Shown one piece after another: positions 39,801-50,506 of a stretch of 64,000 nt of DNA. The first letter of the stretch is position 1. Each line of letters begins with the position of its first letter. The position numbers and the translations under genes were made by a program. The DNA comes from Ruminococcus sp. (GTDB taxonomy: Bacteria > Bacillota > Clostridia > Oscillospirales > Acutalibacteraceae), in contig JBJEOT010000058.1 of NCBI GenBank assembly GCA_051880855.1, positions 1,893 through 65,892 on the forward strand. Reading direction: 5' to 3'. The notes under the pieces were generated by a model. The model worked only from the letters and a program-made list of their open reading frames with translations. It did not search any database and was not told the DNA's origin.

Positions 39801-40396
39801 GAGTTAAGGTTCAGGAGGGCGATATCATCAAGGCCGGCGACAAGATTACCGACGGTGCTGTTAATCCTCACGATATCCTTGCTATCCTCGGTGCACAGGC
39901 TGTTCAGGATTACCTCATCAGCGAGGTACAGAGCACCTACCGCTTACAGGGTGTTGATATCAACGATAAGCATATCGAGGTTATCGTTCGTCAGATGATG
40001 AAGAAGGTTCGTGTTGACGAGCCCGGTTCAACTGAATTCTTAGGCGGTCAGATGTATGACAAGAGCGAAGTACTCTACGCCAATAAGCAGATTCAGAAGA
40101 GAATTGCACAGGGCGAGACAGGCCTGAAGCCTGCTGAGTGGACACAGCTTCTCCTCGGTATTACCAAGGCTTCTCTTGCAACAGACAGCTTCCTCTCTGC
40201 TGCTTCCTTCCAGGAGACCACAAGAGTTCTCACCGATGCCGCTATCAAGGGTAAGGTTGATCCTCTTCTCGGTCTTAAGGAGAATGTTATCATCGGTAAG
40301 CTGGTTCCCGCCGGTACAGGTATGCGCCGTTACACCGATGTTCAGCTTGAAGAAAACTTCATTCCTCAGGCACCCACTTCCTTAGAGGAACAGTAA
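36848..40396 (+). CDS. rpoC: RNA polymerase beta' subunit
   Basis: [39 protein letters not shown]. Confidence 0.99.
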   Translation: MDNNVFDSIKIGLASPEQIREWSYGEVKKPETINYRTLKPEREGLFCEAIFGPTKDWECHCGKYKRIRYKGKVCDRCGVEVTRAKVRRERMGHIELAAPVSHIWYFKGIPSRISLMLDISPRMLEKVLYFALYIVTDPGECRDLYKMQFLTEREYSDMREKYEDDFKAAMGAEAIKELLSEIDLDELSRELKEQLEDASGQKKVRIQKRLEVVESFRISGNRPEWMILDVIPVIPPDIRPMVQLDGGRFATSDLNDLYRRVINRNNRLKRLLKLEAPDIIIRNEKRMLQEAVDALIDNGRRGRPVTGPNNRPLKSLSDMLKGKQGRFRQNLLGKRVDYSGRSVIVVGPELKMYQCGLPKEMALELFKPFVMKRLVETKAAQNIKAARKAVERAKPEVWDALEVVIKGHPVLLNRAPTLHRLGIQAFEPVLVEGRALKLHPLVCTAYNADFDGDQMAVHVPLSAEAQAEARFLMLAAGNLLKPSDGHPVVVPTQDMVLGSYYLTLDKDGELGEGKVFRNEDEAMMAYSTGVIKLHSKIKVRRSAAVDGVEKSAIVDTTMGKIIFNKPIPQDLGFVDRTNPDNYFKYEIDFLVGKKQLGKIIDACIRVHGTEVTATVLDDIKAQGYKYSTRGAITVAVCDAIIPAEKKDILAQAEKDVDAVREEFMIGLRSEEDRYNEILKIWEKATNDVTAALQNGLDRYNPIFMMADSGARGSMSQIRQLAGMRGLIANTSGKTIEIPIRANYREGLNILEYFISSRGARKGLADTALRTADSGYLTRRLVDVSQDVIIREDDCNTDEGLEIFDIMSGRHVIEGMHERLIGRYLLEDFTDENGNVLVSKDTLMGEKEADIICNSGTKSIKIRSILGCHAKHGVCRKCYGANLANGQPVTVGEAVGIIAAQSIGEPGTQLTMRTFHTGGVASAEDITQGLPRVEELFESRKPKSLAIISEIDGEVRFDTIKNNRHAVVFNKETGEEKQYMIPFGFRVKVQEGDIIKAGDKITDGAVNPHDILAILGAQAVQDYLISEVQSTYRLQGVDINDKHIEVIVRQMMKKVRVDEPGSTEFLGGQMYDKSEVLYANKQIQKRIAQGETGLKPAEWTQLLLGITKASLATDSFLSAASFQETTRVLTDAAIKGKVDPLLGLKENVIIGKLVPAGTGMRRYTDVQLEENFIPQAPTSLEEQ

Positions 40397-40408
40397 TCTA
40401 ATAATTTC

Positions 40409-40444
40409 ATCAGACCTCGCAGCGTTGCGGGGTCTGATTTTTTT
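40409..40444 (+). terminator. rpoBC terminator
   Basis: ATCAGACCTCGCA / TGCGGGGTCTGAT plus T run. Confidence 0.85.
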
Positions 40445-40466
40445 GTAAAAATTTTTATAATACCTC

Positions 40467-40500
40467 TTGACATATAATACTATGTGATGTATAGTATTAT
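40467..40500 (+). promoter_or_regulatory. padR promoter with overlapping palindromic operator
   Basis: TTGACA-17-TATAGT; perfect ATAATACTAT-7 nt-ATAGTATTAT inverted repeat (40474-40500). Confidence 0.8.
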
Positions 40501-40518
40501 GCGAAAGGAGGTATTTGT

Positions 40519-40839
40519 ATGGATATACAGCTTAAACGCGGACTTCTTGATATCTGCGTGCTGTCGGCAATCAAATTTAAGCCCTCATACGGCTATCGGA
40601 TTATCAAGGATATGAAGCCGTATATGGAGATTTCAGAATCTACTCTCTATCCTATTCTCAGACGGCTGGAGACATCGGGGCTTTTAACTGTAAAAAGTGC
40701 CGAGCATAACGGCAGACTTCGAAAGTATTATCATATAACGGAGCAGGGACTTTCACGAATCGAGGAGTTTTCTCAGGAGTGGAAAGAGATTATGTCAATA
40801 TATCAGTTTGTAACAAGAGAGGATGATAGAAATGAATAA
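40519..40839 (+). CDS. PadR-family transcriptional regulator
   Basis: QLKRGLLD, SYGY, ESTLYPILRRLE, GRLRKYYHITEQG. Confidence 0.92.
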   Translation: MDIQLKRGLLDICVLSAIKFKPSYGYRIIKDMKPYMEISESTLYPILRRLETSGLLTVKSAEHNGRLRKYYHITEQGLSRIEEFSQEWKEIMSIYQFVTREDDRNE

Positions 40840-41431
40840 ACAGGAGTTTTTGGAGACACTTGAAAAAAGACTGTCGGGATTTCCCTTAGAGGATATAGAA
40901 AAATCAAAAGAATATTACAGCGAAATGATTGACGATAGGGTAGAGGACGGACTTAGTGAGGAAGAAGCGGTTGAGGCTCTGGGGAATCTTGATGACATTG
41001 TGTCTCAGATTTTCTGCTCAACACCTCTTGCAAAGCTTGTAAAGGAAAAGGTAAAGCCCAAAAGAAGGCTCAGAGCTTGGGAGATTGTGCTGATTGCCGT
41101 GGGAAGTCCTTTGTGGCTATCGCTCCTGCTTGCTTTAATTGCCGTAGTTTTAGCGCTTTACATCATAATCTGGGCTTTTGTAATAACTCTCTACTGCGTG
41201 GATTTAGCACTTGTTCTTGTAGGCCCATTAGCGGTTGTTTGCGGTGCAGGCTATCTGACAACGGGGGATTACCTCACAGGCATCTTCCTTATAGGCTGCG
41301 GCTTTGCGTCAATCGGACTTGGAATTTTTATGTTCCTGCTGTGCAAAAAGCTTACCGTACTTACTGCAAAGCTCAGCAAAAAAACAGTTTTGGGAATAAA
41401 ATCTATGTTTATTAGAAGAAAGGGTGAATAA
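40832..41431 (+). CDS. DUF1700 (HAAS domain plus TM) protein
   Basis: MNKQEFL..L...L, YYSEMIDD..EDGLSEEEAV..LG, then hydrophobic helices. Confidence 0.88.
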   Translation: MNKQEFLETLEKRLSGFPLEDIEKSKEYYSEMIDDRVEDGLSEEEAVEALGNLDDIVSQIFCSTPLAKLVKEKVKPKRRLRAWEIVLIAVGSPLWLSLLLALIAVVLALYIIIWAFVITLYCVDLALVLVGPLAVVCGAGYLTTGDYLTGIFLIGCGFASIGLGIFMFLLCKKLTVLTAKLSKKTVLGIKSMFIRRKGE

Positions 41432-41436
41432 ATAAA

Positions 41437-42378
41437 ATGAAAAAAGGACTGAAAGTCTTATTGATTATCGGCACGGTTTTCACGGTTATAGGTCTTGTGA
41501 CAGTAGGCGTTGCCCTCGGCTTAGGCTTTGCAGGAGACTTTTCCTTTGCATCAAGGGGCTATGCTGATTTACTGTTTGAATCCTCGGAAAATTTTGATTA
41601 TGTTGAGATAAACAGTGCAGACAGCGATGTGTTTATCGAGGTTGCATCAGCAGACGAGTGCAAGGTTGCCTATTCTGTAACGGATACAAATAACTGTACG
41701 GTGGAAATCCGTGACAACACCTTGGTAATTGATACAGTTGAAAACAGGCAGTGGTTTGAACACTTCTTCTACTTTGATTTTATTGATACACCCAGCATCA
41801 CAGTTTATTTGCCTGAGAGAGTTTATGAAAGAATCAGCATAAACAATATCAGCGGTGAAATAAACATCAGCGATGCAGAAGCAGACGATATTTATTTGGA
41901 AACTGCAAGCGGTGATATTAGAAGCGACGCTGTTATAGTTACAGATACAATTGAAATAAAAACCGTAAGCGGTAAGGTGTTCAGCGACTGCGTCGGACAT
42001 TCAAAAAAAGCGTTAGTTTCTTCCGTAAGCGGAGATATAACCGTCAGTAACGGTTCCTTTGACACACTTGATGTGAAGACCACAAGCGGAGAAGTTCAGC
42101 TTTCCTCAACAGGAGCTTATGACGCAAAGATAAAATCAACCAGCGGTGATATTGAGCTTTACAGATTCGGCACAAAGCAGGCAGGCGCAAGAGTTGATAT
42201 TGAAACTGTCAGCGGTTCGGTAGAGGGACACTTGTCATACGCAATGCGGTATGATGTCAGCAGTGTCAGCGGAGAGCTTGAGCTTTTCGACGAAGACATA
42301 AACGGTAACACTTGCAGGGTAAAAACCACAAGCGGTGATATCGAGCTGTATGTTTATAAAAGCAACAGCAACCGGTAA
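41437..42378 (+). CDS. DUF4097 beta-strand-repeat protein with N-terminal TM anchor
   Basis: Repeated [T/S]xSG[D/E][I/V] units. Confidence 0.88.
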   Translation: MKKGLKVLLIIGTVFTVIGLVTVGVALGLGFAGDFSFASRGYADLLFESSENFDYVEINSADSDVFIEVASADECKVAYSVTDTNNCTVEIRDNTLVIDTVENRQWFEHFFYFDFIDTPSITVYLPERVYERISINNISGEINISDAEADDIYLETASGDIRSDAVIVTDTIEIKTVSGKVFSDCVGHSKKALVSSVSGDITVSNGSFDTLDVKTTSGEVQLSSTGAYDAKIKSTSGDIELYRFGTKQAGARVDIETVSGSVEGHLSYAMRYDVSSVSGELELFDEDINGNTCRVKTTSGDIELYVYKSNSNR

Positions 42379-42436
42379 TTGAAGACAGAGATTAACAGGA
42401 AAGCTATTCGGCGTTCTTGCACTTTTCGTTTTACTC

Positions 42437-42467
42437 AGCCTTTCTCCTCAAAGGGAAAGGCTTTTTT
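42437..42467 (+). terminator. Intrinsic terminator
   Basis: AGCCTTTCTC / GGGAAAGGCT plus T run. Confidence 0.75.
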
Positions 42468-42490
42468 GCATAAAATTCGCAAAATTGATG

Positions 42491-42520
42491 TTGACAAATC
42501 GGGCTTGACTATGCTATATT
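42491..42520 (+). promoter_or_regulatory. str operon promoter
   Basis: TTGACA-18-TATATT with extended TG. Confidence 0.65.
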
Positions 42521-42703
42521 TAGTAATTGTCAGATAATGCCCCAAAATGGCTTTTGCGACTGGTAATTATGGCGAATAAACCGCTTTTTTACTGAGTTTT
42601 TTCTGTGAATTACCAATAAAAACATATTTAGTTGTTTTTTGGGCACATAATAATATGGGCTCTTAAACATAAAGAATTTTGAAGAAAGGAGGAATAGCAA
42701 AGC

Positions 42704-43123
42704 ATGCCTACCTTTAACCAGTTGGTTCGTAAGGGAAGAGAAGTCACCGAGAAAAAGGCAAAGGCACCTGCACTCTTGAAGGGCTGGAACTCTAAGAAGA
42801 ACAGAGCTATCAACCAGAACTCACCTCAGAAGCGCGGTGTTTGCACAGCAGTTAAGACTGCTACACCTAAGAAGCCTAACTCAGCTCTCAGAAAAATCGC
42901 CAGAGTAAGACTTTCTAACGGAATTGAAGTCAGTTCCTACATCCCCGGAGTAGGCCACAACCTGCAGGAGCACTCAGTTGTTCTTATCCGCGGAGGAAGA
43001 GTTAAAGACCTCCCCGGTGTGCGTTACCACATCATCAGAGGAACACTGGACACTCAGGGTGTTGCCAACCGTAATCAGGCACGTTCCAAGTACGGCGCAA
43101 AGCGTCCGAAGAAGGGTAAGTAA
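42704..43123 (+). CDS. rpsL: 30S ribosomal protein S12
   Basis: [33 protein letters not shown]. Confidence 0.99.
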   Translation: MPTFNQLVRKGREVTEKKAKAPALLKGWNSKKNRAINQNSPQKRGVCTAVKTATPKKPNSALRKIARVRLSNGIEVSSYIPGVGHNLQEHSVVLIRGGRVKDLPGVRYHIIRGTLDTQGVANRNQARSKYGAKRPKKGK

Positions 43124-43266
43124 GGAATTGACAAATTAAGCGAAGTTAGATTTTTCGCACTGTATACAATACAGGGCTTTATATATGAGCCTCTGTGTTG
43201 GCATACGGGAGTTTGTCGCTTTCGAGTACCTATGATATCTCAAATATTGTGAAGGAGGGAAGTAAA

Positions 43267-43737
43267 GTGCCAAGAAGAGGTTCAATTGCAAAACGCGATG
43301 TTTTACCGGATCCTATTTACAGATCCAAATTAGTTACTCGTCTGATCAACAATATCATGCTCGACGGTAAGAAGGGCGTAGCTCAGAAAATCGTTTACGG
43401 TGCATTCGATATTATCAGTGAAAAGACAGGTAAAGACCCCCTCGAAACATTCGAGGCAGCTATGGAGAACATTATGCCTGTACTTGAGGTTAAGGCCCGC
43501 CGTGTAGGTGGTTCTACCTATCAGGTACCTTTGGAGGTTAGACCCGAGAGAAGACAGACATTAGGTCTTCGTTGGTTAACCAACTATGCACGCCTTCGTA
43601 GTGAAAAGACAATGAAGGAGAGACTTGCAGCTGAGATTCTCGACGCAGTAAACGGTGCCGGCGGCGCCGCCAAGAAGTGCGAGGATACACACAAAATGGC
43701 AGAGGCAAACAAGGCTTTTGCACATTACAGATGGTAA
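43267..43737 (+). CDS. rpsG: 30S ribosomal protein S7
   Basis: GTG start after GGAGGG: PRRG...[11 protein letters not shown]...[13 protein letters not shown]. Confidence 0.98.
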   Translation: MPRRGSIAKRDVLPDPIYRSKLVTRLINNIMLDGKKGVAQKIVYGAFDIISEKTGKDPLETFEAAMENIMPVLEVKARRVGGSTYQVPLEVRPERRQTLGLRWLTNYARLRSEKTMKERLAAEILDAVNGAGGAAKKCEDTHKMAEANKAFAHYRW

Positions 43738-43770
43738 TTTTATTCTGCAAGTATATCAGAGGAGGATTTT

Positions 43771-45843
43771 ATGCCTAGGCAAGTATCTCTTGAAAAAACA
43801 AGAAATATCGGTATCATGGCTCACATTGATGCCGGTAAGACTACTACAACCGAAAGAATTCTGTTTTACACCGGTATCAGCCATAAGCTCGGCGAAACAC
43901 ATGACGGTGCAGCTACCATGGACTGGATGGTTCAGGAGCAGGAGAGAGGTATTACAATCACCTCTGCAGCTACCACATGTTACTGGAAAAATCACAGAAT
44001 TAACATCATCGACACTCCCGGTCACGTTGACTTCACCGTTGAGGTTGAGCGTTCACTGAGAGTTCTCGACGGCAGCGTTACTGTTCTCTGCGCTAAGGGC
44101 GGTGTTGAGCCCCAGTCTGAGACCGTTTGGCGTCAGGCAGATAACTACGGCGTTCCCAGAATGGTATACGTTAATAAGATGGACATTATGGGTGCTGACT
44201 TCTATCATGTTGTTCAGATGATGAAGGACAGACTCAAGTGTAATGCAGTTCCCATCCAGCTTCCTATCGGATGCGAAGATACCTTTAAGGGTATTATTGA
44301 TCTGGTAGAGATGAAGGCTGAGGTTTATTACGATGACCTCGGTAAGGATATGAGAGAAGAGGAAATTCCTGCTGATATGCAGGAGCTCGCTGATGAGTAT
44401 CACGAGAAGCTTATCGAGTCTGTTGCTGAGACAGACGAGGCTCTTATGGAGAAATACTTCGGCGGCGAGGAGCTCACTATCGACGAGATTAAGACTGCAA
44501 TCCGTAAGGCTACAATTGCTAACGAGATGGTTCCCGTATGCTGCGGTACTTCTTACCGTAACAAGGGCGTACAGAAGCTTCTCGACGCTATCGTAGATTA
44601 TATGCCCGCTCCCACCGATGTTCCCGATATTAAGGGTATCGATGCGGATACAGAGGAAGAGTGCGTTCGTCATTCTTCTGATGACGAGCCCTTTGCGGCT
44701 CTCGCATTTAAGATTGCTACCGACCCCTTTGTCGGTAAGCTCTGCTTCTTCAGAGTTTACTCCGGTAAGATTGAGGCAGGACAGACTGTCTACAACTCGG
44801 TTAAAGGCAACAGAGAGCGTGTCGGCCGTATTCTTCAGATGCATGCTAACGACAGAAAGGATATCGACTGCTGCTACGCCGGCGACATCGCTGCTGCTGT
44901 AGGTCTCAAGAATACCACCACAGGTGATACTCTTTGCGACGAGAAGCATCCCGTTATCCTTGAATCTATGGAATTCCCCGAGCCTGTTATCAGAGTTGCC
45001 ATCGAGCCCAAGACCAAAGCCGGTCAGGAGAAGATGGGTATTGCTCTTTCAAAGCTGGCTGAAGAGGATCCCACATTCAAAGCTTACACCGATGAGGACA
45101 CCGGCCAAACAATTATTGCCGGTATGGGTGAGCTTCACCTTGAAATTATCGTTGACAGACTTCTCCGTGAATTTAAGGTAGAAGCTAACATCGGTAAACC
45201 TCAGGTTGCTTATAAAGAAACAATTCGTACAGAGGCACAGGTCGATACCAAGTATGCCCGTCAGTCCGGCGGTAAGGGCCAGTACGGTCATGTTAAACTC
45301 AGAGTTTACCCCAACCCCACAAAGGGCTACGAGTTCGTTAACGCTATTGTCGGCGGTGTTATTCCCAAGGAATACATCCCCGCAGTTGACGCAGGTATCA
45401 AGGGCGCAATGCTCTCCGGTGTTGTTGCAGGCTACAATGTAGTTGATGTTAAGGTAGAGCTTTATGACGGTTCTTACCATGAGGTTGACTCTTCTGAAAT
45501 GGCATTTAAGATTGCCGGTTCTATGGCATTCAAAGAGGCTATGAAGAAGGCTGATCCTGTACTTCTTGAGCCTATCATGAAGGTTTCTGTTATCGTACCC
45601 GACGATTATCTCGGTGATGTTATCGGTGATATCAACTCTCGCCGCGGTACAATTGCAGGTATGGAAGCTGACAACGGTATCCACCGTGTAACAGCTAATG
45701 TACCTCTTTCAGAGATGTTCGGTTATGCTACCGACCTTCGTTCCAAGACACAGGGCAGAGGTCAGTATGTAATGGAGCCCTCACATTATCTTGAGGTTCC
45801 CAAGAGCATCGCTGAGAAGCTCACAACCAAGAAGGAAGACTGA
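43771..45843 (+). CDS. fusA: Elongation factor G
   Basis: [45 protein letters not shown]. Confidence 0.99.
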   Translation: MPRQVSLEKTRNIGIMAHIDAGKTTTTERILFYTGISHKLGETHDGAATMDWMVQEQERGITITSAATTCYWKNHRINIIDTPGHVDFTVEVERSLRVLDGSVTVLCAKGGVEPQSETVWRQADNYGVPRMVYVNKMDIMGADFYHVVQMMKDRLKCNAVPIQLPIGCEDTFKGIIDLVEMKAEVYYDDLGKDMREEEIPADMQELADEYHEKLIESVAETDEALMEKYFGGEELTIDEIKTAIRKATIANEMVPVCCGTSYRNKGVQKLLDAIVDYMPAPTDVPDIKGIDADTEEECVRHSSDDEPFAALAFKIATDPFVGKLCFFRVYSGKIEAGQTVYNSVKGNRERVGRILQMHANDRKDIDCCYAGDIAAAVGLKNTTTGDTLCDEKHPVILESMEFPEPVIRVAIEPKTKAGQEKMGIALSKLAEEDPTFKAYTDEDTGQTIIAGMGELHLEIIVDRLLREFKVEANIGKPQVAYKETIRTEAQVDTKYARQSGGKGQYGHVKLRVYPNPTKGYEFVNAIVGGVIPKEYIPAVDAGIKGAMLSGVVAGYNVVDVKVELYDGSYHEVDSSEMAFKIAGSMAFKEAMKKADPVLLEPIMKVSVIVPDDYLGDVIGDINSRRGTIAGMEADNGIHRVTANVPLSEMFGYATDLRSKTQGRGQYVMEPSHYLEVPKSIAEKLTTKKED

Positions 45844-45899
45844 TTCTCTTCTTAATGTGACAGTTTGTAGGTTTGCCCCTACAAAAAACAATAAATCTA

Positions 45900-45928
45900 T
45901 TGCAATTTTCAGTGAAAGTTGTTACAAT
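45900..45928 (+). promoter_or_regulatory. Internal tuf promoter
   Basis: TTGCAA-17-TACAAT with extended TG. Confidence 0.65.
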
Positions 45929-45974
45929 AGTTTTGTCGATTATTCCATTCAAAATAAAAGGAGGAAATTTCAAA

Positions 45975-47177
45975 ATGGCAAGAGAAAAATTTGAAAGAAG
46001 TAAGCCCCATATTAACATTGGTACTATCGGTCACGTTGACCACGGTAAGACAACACTTACAGCTGCAATCACTAAGGTTCTTAACCTCGGTGGCGACGCT
46101 GAGTTCGTTGATTACGCAAACATCGATAAGGCTCCCGAAGAGAGAGAGCGTGGTATCACAATCAACACTGCACACGTTGAGTATCAGACAGCTGCTCGTC
46201 ACTATGCACACGTTGACTGCCCCGGCCATGCTGACTATGTTAAGAACATGATCACCGGTGCTGCTCAGATGGACGGCGCTATCCTCGTTGTTTCCGCAGC
46301 AGACGGTCCTATGCCCCAGACAAGAGAGCACATCCTTCTCTCCCGTCAGGTTGGCGTTCCCTACATCGTTGTATTCATGAACAAGTGTGATCAGGTTGAC
46401 GATCCCGAGCTCCTCGAACTCGTAGAGATGGAGATCCGTGACCTCCTCAACGAGTACGAGTTCCCCGGCGACGATACACCTATCATCAAGGGCTCTGCTT
46501 TCCAAGCTCTCGACAGCGCATCCAAGGATCCCAACGCTCCTGAGTATGCTTGCATCCACGAGCTTATGGACGCTGTTGACAGCTTTATTCCCACTCCCGA
46601 GCGTAAGGCTGACCTTCCCTTCCTCATGCCCATCGAAGATGTATTCACAATCACAGGTCGTGGTACAGTTGCTACAGGTAGAGTTGAGAGAGGTACAGTT
46701 AAGACTCAGGAAGAAGTTGAGATCGTCGGTCTTACTGAAGAGAGACGCAAGGTTGTTGTTACCGGTCTTGAGATGTTCAGAAAGACTCTTGATTTCGCAG
46801 AGGCCGGTGAGAACGTAGGTGTTCTTCTCCGTGGTGTTCAGAGAAGCGAAATCGAAAGAGGTCAGGTTCTTGCAAAGCCCGGCACCATTAACCCCCACAC
46901 AAAGTTCCGTGGCCAGGTTTACGTTCTGACCAAGGAAGAGGGCGGCCGTCATACTCCTTTCTTCAACAACTATCGTCCCCAGTTCTACTTCAGAACAACT
47001 GACGTTACAGGTACAATCTCACTTCCCGAGGGCACAGAGATGTGCATGCCCGGTGATAACGTAGAGATGGATGTTGAGCTTATCACTCCTATCGCTATCG
47101 AGGTTGGTCTGCGTTTCGCTATCCGTGAGGGTGGCAGAACAGTTGGTTCAGGCGCAGTTATCGCTATCAACGAATAA
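45975..47177 (+). CDS. tuf: Elongation factor Tu
   Basis: [37 protein letters not shown]; GGAGG RBS before ATG 45975. Confidence 0.99.
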   Translation: MAREKFERSKPHINIGTIGHVDHGKTTLTAAITKVLNLGGDAEFVDYANIDKAPEERERGITINTAHVEYQTAARHYAHVDCPGHADYVKNMITGAAQMDGAILVVSAADGPMPQTREHILLSRQVGVPYIVVFMNKCDQVDDPELLELVEMEIRDLLNEYEFPGDDTPIIKGSAFQALDSASKDPNAPEYACIHELMDAVDSFIPTPERKADLPFLMPIEDVFTITGRGTVATGRVERGTVKTQEEVEIVGLTEERRKVVVTGLEMFRKTLDFAEAGENVGVLLRGVQRSEIERGQVLAKPGTINPHTKFRGQVYVLTKEEGGRHTPFFNNYRPQFYFRTTDVTGTISLPEGTEMCMPGDNVEMDVELITPIAIEVGLRFAIREGGRTVGSGAVIAINE

Positions 47178-47235
47178 TTATTGTTGTATTTTCGGCAAAT
47201 AGGGTTTCCTCTCATTGCCTTATGCAATACTGAAC

Positions 47236-47263
47236 AGGTCGGCTTCTTTCGAAGCCGGCCTTT
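47236..47263 (+). terminator. tuf terminator
   Basis: AGGTCGGCTTC-tttc-GAAGCCGGCCT then short T run. Confidence 0.7.
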
Positions 47264-47392
47264 CGCTTTATGTAAAAAGCCTTTAGGTTTATCGGGCGCC
47301 TACATTTTTGCAGAAATATTCAAATTATACTTGCTTTTTTTATAAAGATGTGGTAATATATTTTGGCGGTGAAAAACACCGCTTTGATATTT

Positions 47393-47469
47393 GCGCTGCT
47401 AGCTCAGCTGGATAGAGTAACTGGCTACGAACCAGTAGGTCGAGGGTTCGAGTCCCCCGCAGCGCGCCA
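47393..47469 (+). tRNA. tRNA-Arg (ACG)
   Basis: Acceptor GCGCTGC/GCAGCGC, D-arm GCTCAGCTGGATAGAGT, anticodon loop CT-ACG-AA, GTTCGAGT T-loop, encoded CCA; 77 nt. Confidence 0.97.
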
Positions 47470-47504
47470 AGCCTTAAGGATTTATCCTTGAGGCTTACTT
47501 TTTT
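47469..47504 (+). terminator. tRNA terminator
   Basis: AAGCCTTAAGGA / TCCTTGAGGCTT plus T run. Confidence 0.75.
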
Positions 47505-47602
47505 ATTTATCGTTGACGAATAAACTTGAATTTGATATAATATTAGAAATTTACGGCATCAGGCAAACCCAATACCGATATTTTAATGTTAGGATGATTT
47601 AT

Positions 47603-48391
47603 GTGAGGGTAATTGATTTTCATACCCATATTTACCCGGACAAGATTGCCGAGCGTGCAACCGTTGCCATAGGTAACTTTTATAATCTGAAGATGGAGCG
47701 GGTTGGCTCCCTTGACACTCTCCTTGATATTTCCGCCAAGGCAGGAATAGAGAGATGCGTTATCCACTCGGTAGCTACAAGCCCGGCTCAGGTACAGACT
47801 ATAAACGACTTTGTCAAAGCAAATGTTGACGCTCACCCCGACAAGCTTTCCGGCTTCGGTACTCTTCATCAGGATTTTGAAGATAAAATCGGCGAGGCAC
47901 AGCGTATTATGGATATGGGCCTTAAGGGAATTAAGCTTCACCCCGATACCCAGATGTTCAATGTTGACGATGAGTGTATGCTTCCTCTTTATGATTTTAT
48001 TCAGGGCAAGCTTCCCCTGCTTCTTCATTGCGGTGATTATCGCTACGATTTCTCTCACCCAAGGCGTGTTGCAAGAATTTGCAAAATGTTTCCCGACTTA
48101 ACCGTTATCGGCGCTCACTTCGGCGGATGGTCTATTTGGGAAGAGGCATATGAGTATCTGAAAGATACAAATTGTATGCTTGATACTTCAAGCTCATCAG
48201 CCCTCACAGGGCATGAGCTTTTCGAGAAGCTTATCAAAGCCTACGGAGCAGACAGACTTCTCTTCGGCACTGATTTTCCCATGTGGGACGCAGAGCTTGA
48301 GATTGAGCGTTTTATGAGTGTTAACATCAGCGACGATGATAAAGAAAAAATTCTCAGCAAAAATGCACTTAATTTGCTCGGATTAGAATAA
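47603..48391 (+). CDS. Amidohydrolase family (Amidohydro_2) metal-dependent hydrolase
   Basis: IDFHTH, GIKLHPD, LHCGD, GAHFGG, LFGTDFP; start 47594 or 47603. Confidence 0.88.
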   Translation: MRVIDFHTHIYPDKIAERATVAIGNFYNLKMERVGSLDTLLDISAKAGIERCVIHSVATSPAQVQTINDFVKANVDAHPDKLSGFGTLHQDFEDKIGEAQRIMDMGLKGIKLHPDTQMFNVDDECMLPLYDFIQGKLPLLLHCGDYRYDFSHPRRVARICKMFPDLTVIGAHFGGWSIWEEAYEYLKDTNCMLDTSSSSALTGHELFEKLIKAYGADRLLFGTDFPMWDAELEIERFMSVNISDDDKEKILSKNALNLLGLE

Positions 48392-48451
48392 AACTGTTGA
48401 TTTGAAGCTGAAAACATATTATAATAAAGAAAAATACTATGAGGTGTAGTT

Positions 48452-48859
48452 ATGAAAAGATTTCTTGCTTTATCTATGGTAGTGATGCTCTTTGCATCTT
48501 TGTTCGTTTTTGCAGGCTGTGAAAAGAAGCCTACTAACCTGTATGCTGATTTGGAAAATTTTGACTCCTATGTAAGCGAAGACTCAAATATTCTTGGCGA
48601 ATGGGAGCTTGAGTCTGATGAGCTGGATGTCGTTTGGGGCTTCTTCAACACAACTACTCTGCATATTACAGAGCAGGTTGGCGAGAATCAGTACACAACA
48701 GTTTGCACTTTCAATTTCAATGACGACACAAACGACCTTAAGGTTTACTTCCTTTCTAAGGAAGAAGAGGTTGACTATGCTGCTGAAATCATCGGTGATA
48801 AGCTTACCCTTACAGCTACTGACGATGAGGTTCAGATCTTCCATCGTGTTGAAGATTAA
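48452..48859 (+). CDS. Hypothetical acidic lipoprotein
   Basis: MKRF + hydrophobic stretch + FAGC lipobox; GAGGTG RBS. Confidence 0.8.
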   Translation: MKRFLALSMVVMLFASLFVFAGCEKKPTNLYADLENFDSYVSEDSNILGEWELESDELDVVWGFFNTTTLHITEQVGENQYTTVCTFNFNDDTNDLKVYFLSKEEEVDYAAEIIGDKLTLTATDDEVQIFHRVED

Positions 48860-48881
48860 GGGCATAACTTATGATGATTAG

Positions 48882-48915
48882 AAATCAGCAACGAAATAAT
48901 CGTTGCTGATTTTTT
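48882..48915 (+). terminator. Intrinsic terminator
   Basis: AAATCAGCAACGA / TCGTTGCTGATTT plus T run. Confidence 0.8.
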
Positions 48916-49056
48916 ATTATTTTGCATATTAATGCATATTTTTTGTGAAATTTATGATTTATTTGCATTTCCTGTGGAAATATTTCACACTGTGTGGTAT
49001 AATTATGTAAAGAAACTGTTTTCATAGGTTTATGCTCATTCTATGAGGTGAAAGGA

Positions 49057-49764
49057 ATGAGAATTCTCATCTGTGATGATGACCGCAAAACCGTCGGAGA
49101 AATAAACTCTTTGCTTGAGGATTATTCAAGACAAAGAGAACTCATTTTCATAACAGACAAGGTGCAAAGAGGTGACGATGACCTCATTGACAAATTCTCT
49201 TATGACCTTGCGTTTATTGATATGAAGCTTCCCGGACGGAGCGGACTTGAAGTTATAAGCCGTATTATGAATAACAATGCAAACGCCACGGTTATGGTAG
49301 TTACTGCATACGACAGCTATCTTGACGACGCAATGGATCTTTCCGTCTTCAGATACTTAAGCAAGCCTATTCAGAAGGAGAGGTTTTTCTCATGTATGGA
49401 CAGCGCGTTAAAAAGATATCTGAACAGAACAAGAGAGCTTTCGGTAGCTTCCTCGGGAGAAGTGTTCAAGATTTACACAAGTGACATTCTCTATCTGGAA
49501 ATTTGCAGAAGAAAGACAAAGCTTGTTACCAAGACTCAGGAGTATATTTCTAACAAACCTTTGGATTATTGGCTTTCCGTCTTAGACGGTAATCTATTTG
49601 TAAATTGCCATTACAGCTTTGTGGTGAATCTATCAAATGTAATCAAATTCTCTAAGAAAGAGGTTCATCTACAAAGCTCCTCAGAGCCGGTTACTGTCAA
49701 TATGTCTAAAAAGTACTACTCAACATTCAAACAGGCGTTTTTTAATTTCGTTTCAGCTGAGTAA
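49057..49764 (+). CDS. LytTR-family response regulator 1 (AgrA-like)
   Basis: ICDDD, AFIDM phosphoacceptor, YLSKP, CHYSFVVNL; TGGAAA-17-TATAAT promoter 48975-49003. Confidence 0.9.
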   Translation: MRILICDDDRKTVGEINSLLEDYSRQRELIFITDKVQRGDDDLIDKFSYDLAFIDMKLPGRSGLEVISRIMNNNANATVMVVTAYDSYLDDAMDLSVFRYLSKPIQKERFFSCMDSALKRYLNRTRELSVASSGEVFKIYTSDILYLEICRRKTKLVTKTQEYISNKPLDYWLSVLDGNLFVNCHYSFVVNLSNVIKFSKKEVHLQSSSEPVTVNMSKKYYSTFKQAFFNFVSAE

Positions 49765-49795
49765 AGTTTTACTCGCTGATTTGTGAGGGATAATC

Positions 49796-50506
49796 ATGCT
49801 AAGCATTTCAATCTGCGATGATTGCAGAGAGCACAGAAATCATTTGGAAAGCTTGCTGCGAAAATACTTTGCGCAGAAGAGGATAGCTGTTGCCATCAGG
49901 CAGTTTGCCTCCGGCGAGGAGCTTGTGCGGTTTACCGGCCGCACCGATATCGCCTTTCTGGATATTGAGATGTACGGCATAAACGGCATCGAGGCAGGCT
50001 ATGCGCTTACAAAGCGCAACAATGATGTTATTATTTTTATCATTACAAGCTATAATTCTTATCTTGATGATGCTATGGATTTGAAGGTGTTCAGATATCT
50101 GAGCAAACCCGTTGACGCAGAAAGACTGTTTTCTGCGCTGGACATTCTTGCTGAGCGTTCCAAAGAGATCAGTTTTTATTCCAATCATGTTTCTGTTACC
50201 CTCAAAGTGCGTGATATTGCCGTCATTTTTTCGGATTCAAGAAAAACGGTTGTTATTACATCGTCGGGAGAAAAATACCCCACAACAAATTCTATCAAGG
50301 AATGGTTGGAGCTTCTTGACGGTAACGATATTTTTTCGCACCCTCATTACAGCTATATAATCAACCTGAGATATGTTGCCGGTATAACGGGAAAAATAAT
50401 TACAGTAAGGCTTAACAACGGAATCACTATGGAAATAGAGGCATCTCAGCGCAAGCTGGCCGACTTTAAGAACGATATCATCAGAATCTCAAGGAGGGGA
50501 ATATGA
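49796..50506 (+). CDS. LytTR-family response regulator 2 (AgrA-like)
   Basis: ICDDC, AFLDIEM, YLSKP, PHYSYIINL. Confidence 0.9.
   Translation: MLSISICDDCREHRNHLESLLRKYFAQKRIAVAIRQFASGEELVRFTGRTDIAFLDIEMYGINGIEAGYALTKRNNDVIIFIITSYNSYLDDAMDLKVFRYLSKPVDAERLFSALDILAERSKEISFYSNHVSVTLKVRDIAVIFSDSRKTVVITSSGEKYPTTNSIKEWLELLDGNDIFSHPHYSYIINLRYVAGITGKIITVRLNNGITMEIEASQRKLADFKNDIIRISRRGI

Noticed and set aside
45909-46952. Long antisense ORFs opposite tuf (also opposite fusA 44053-44949 and rpoB 34871-36070)
   Set aside because: Expected shadow frames of highly biased genes; no RBS and no protein-like motifs
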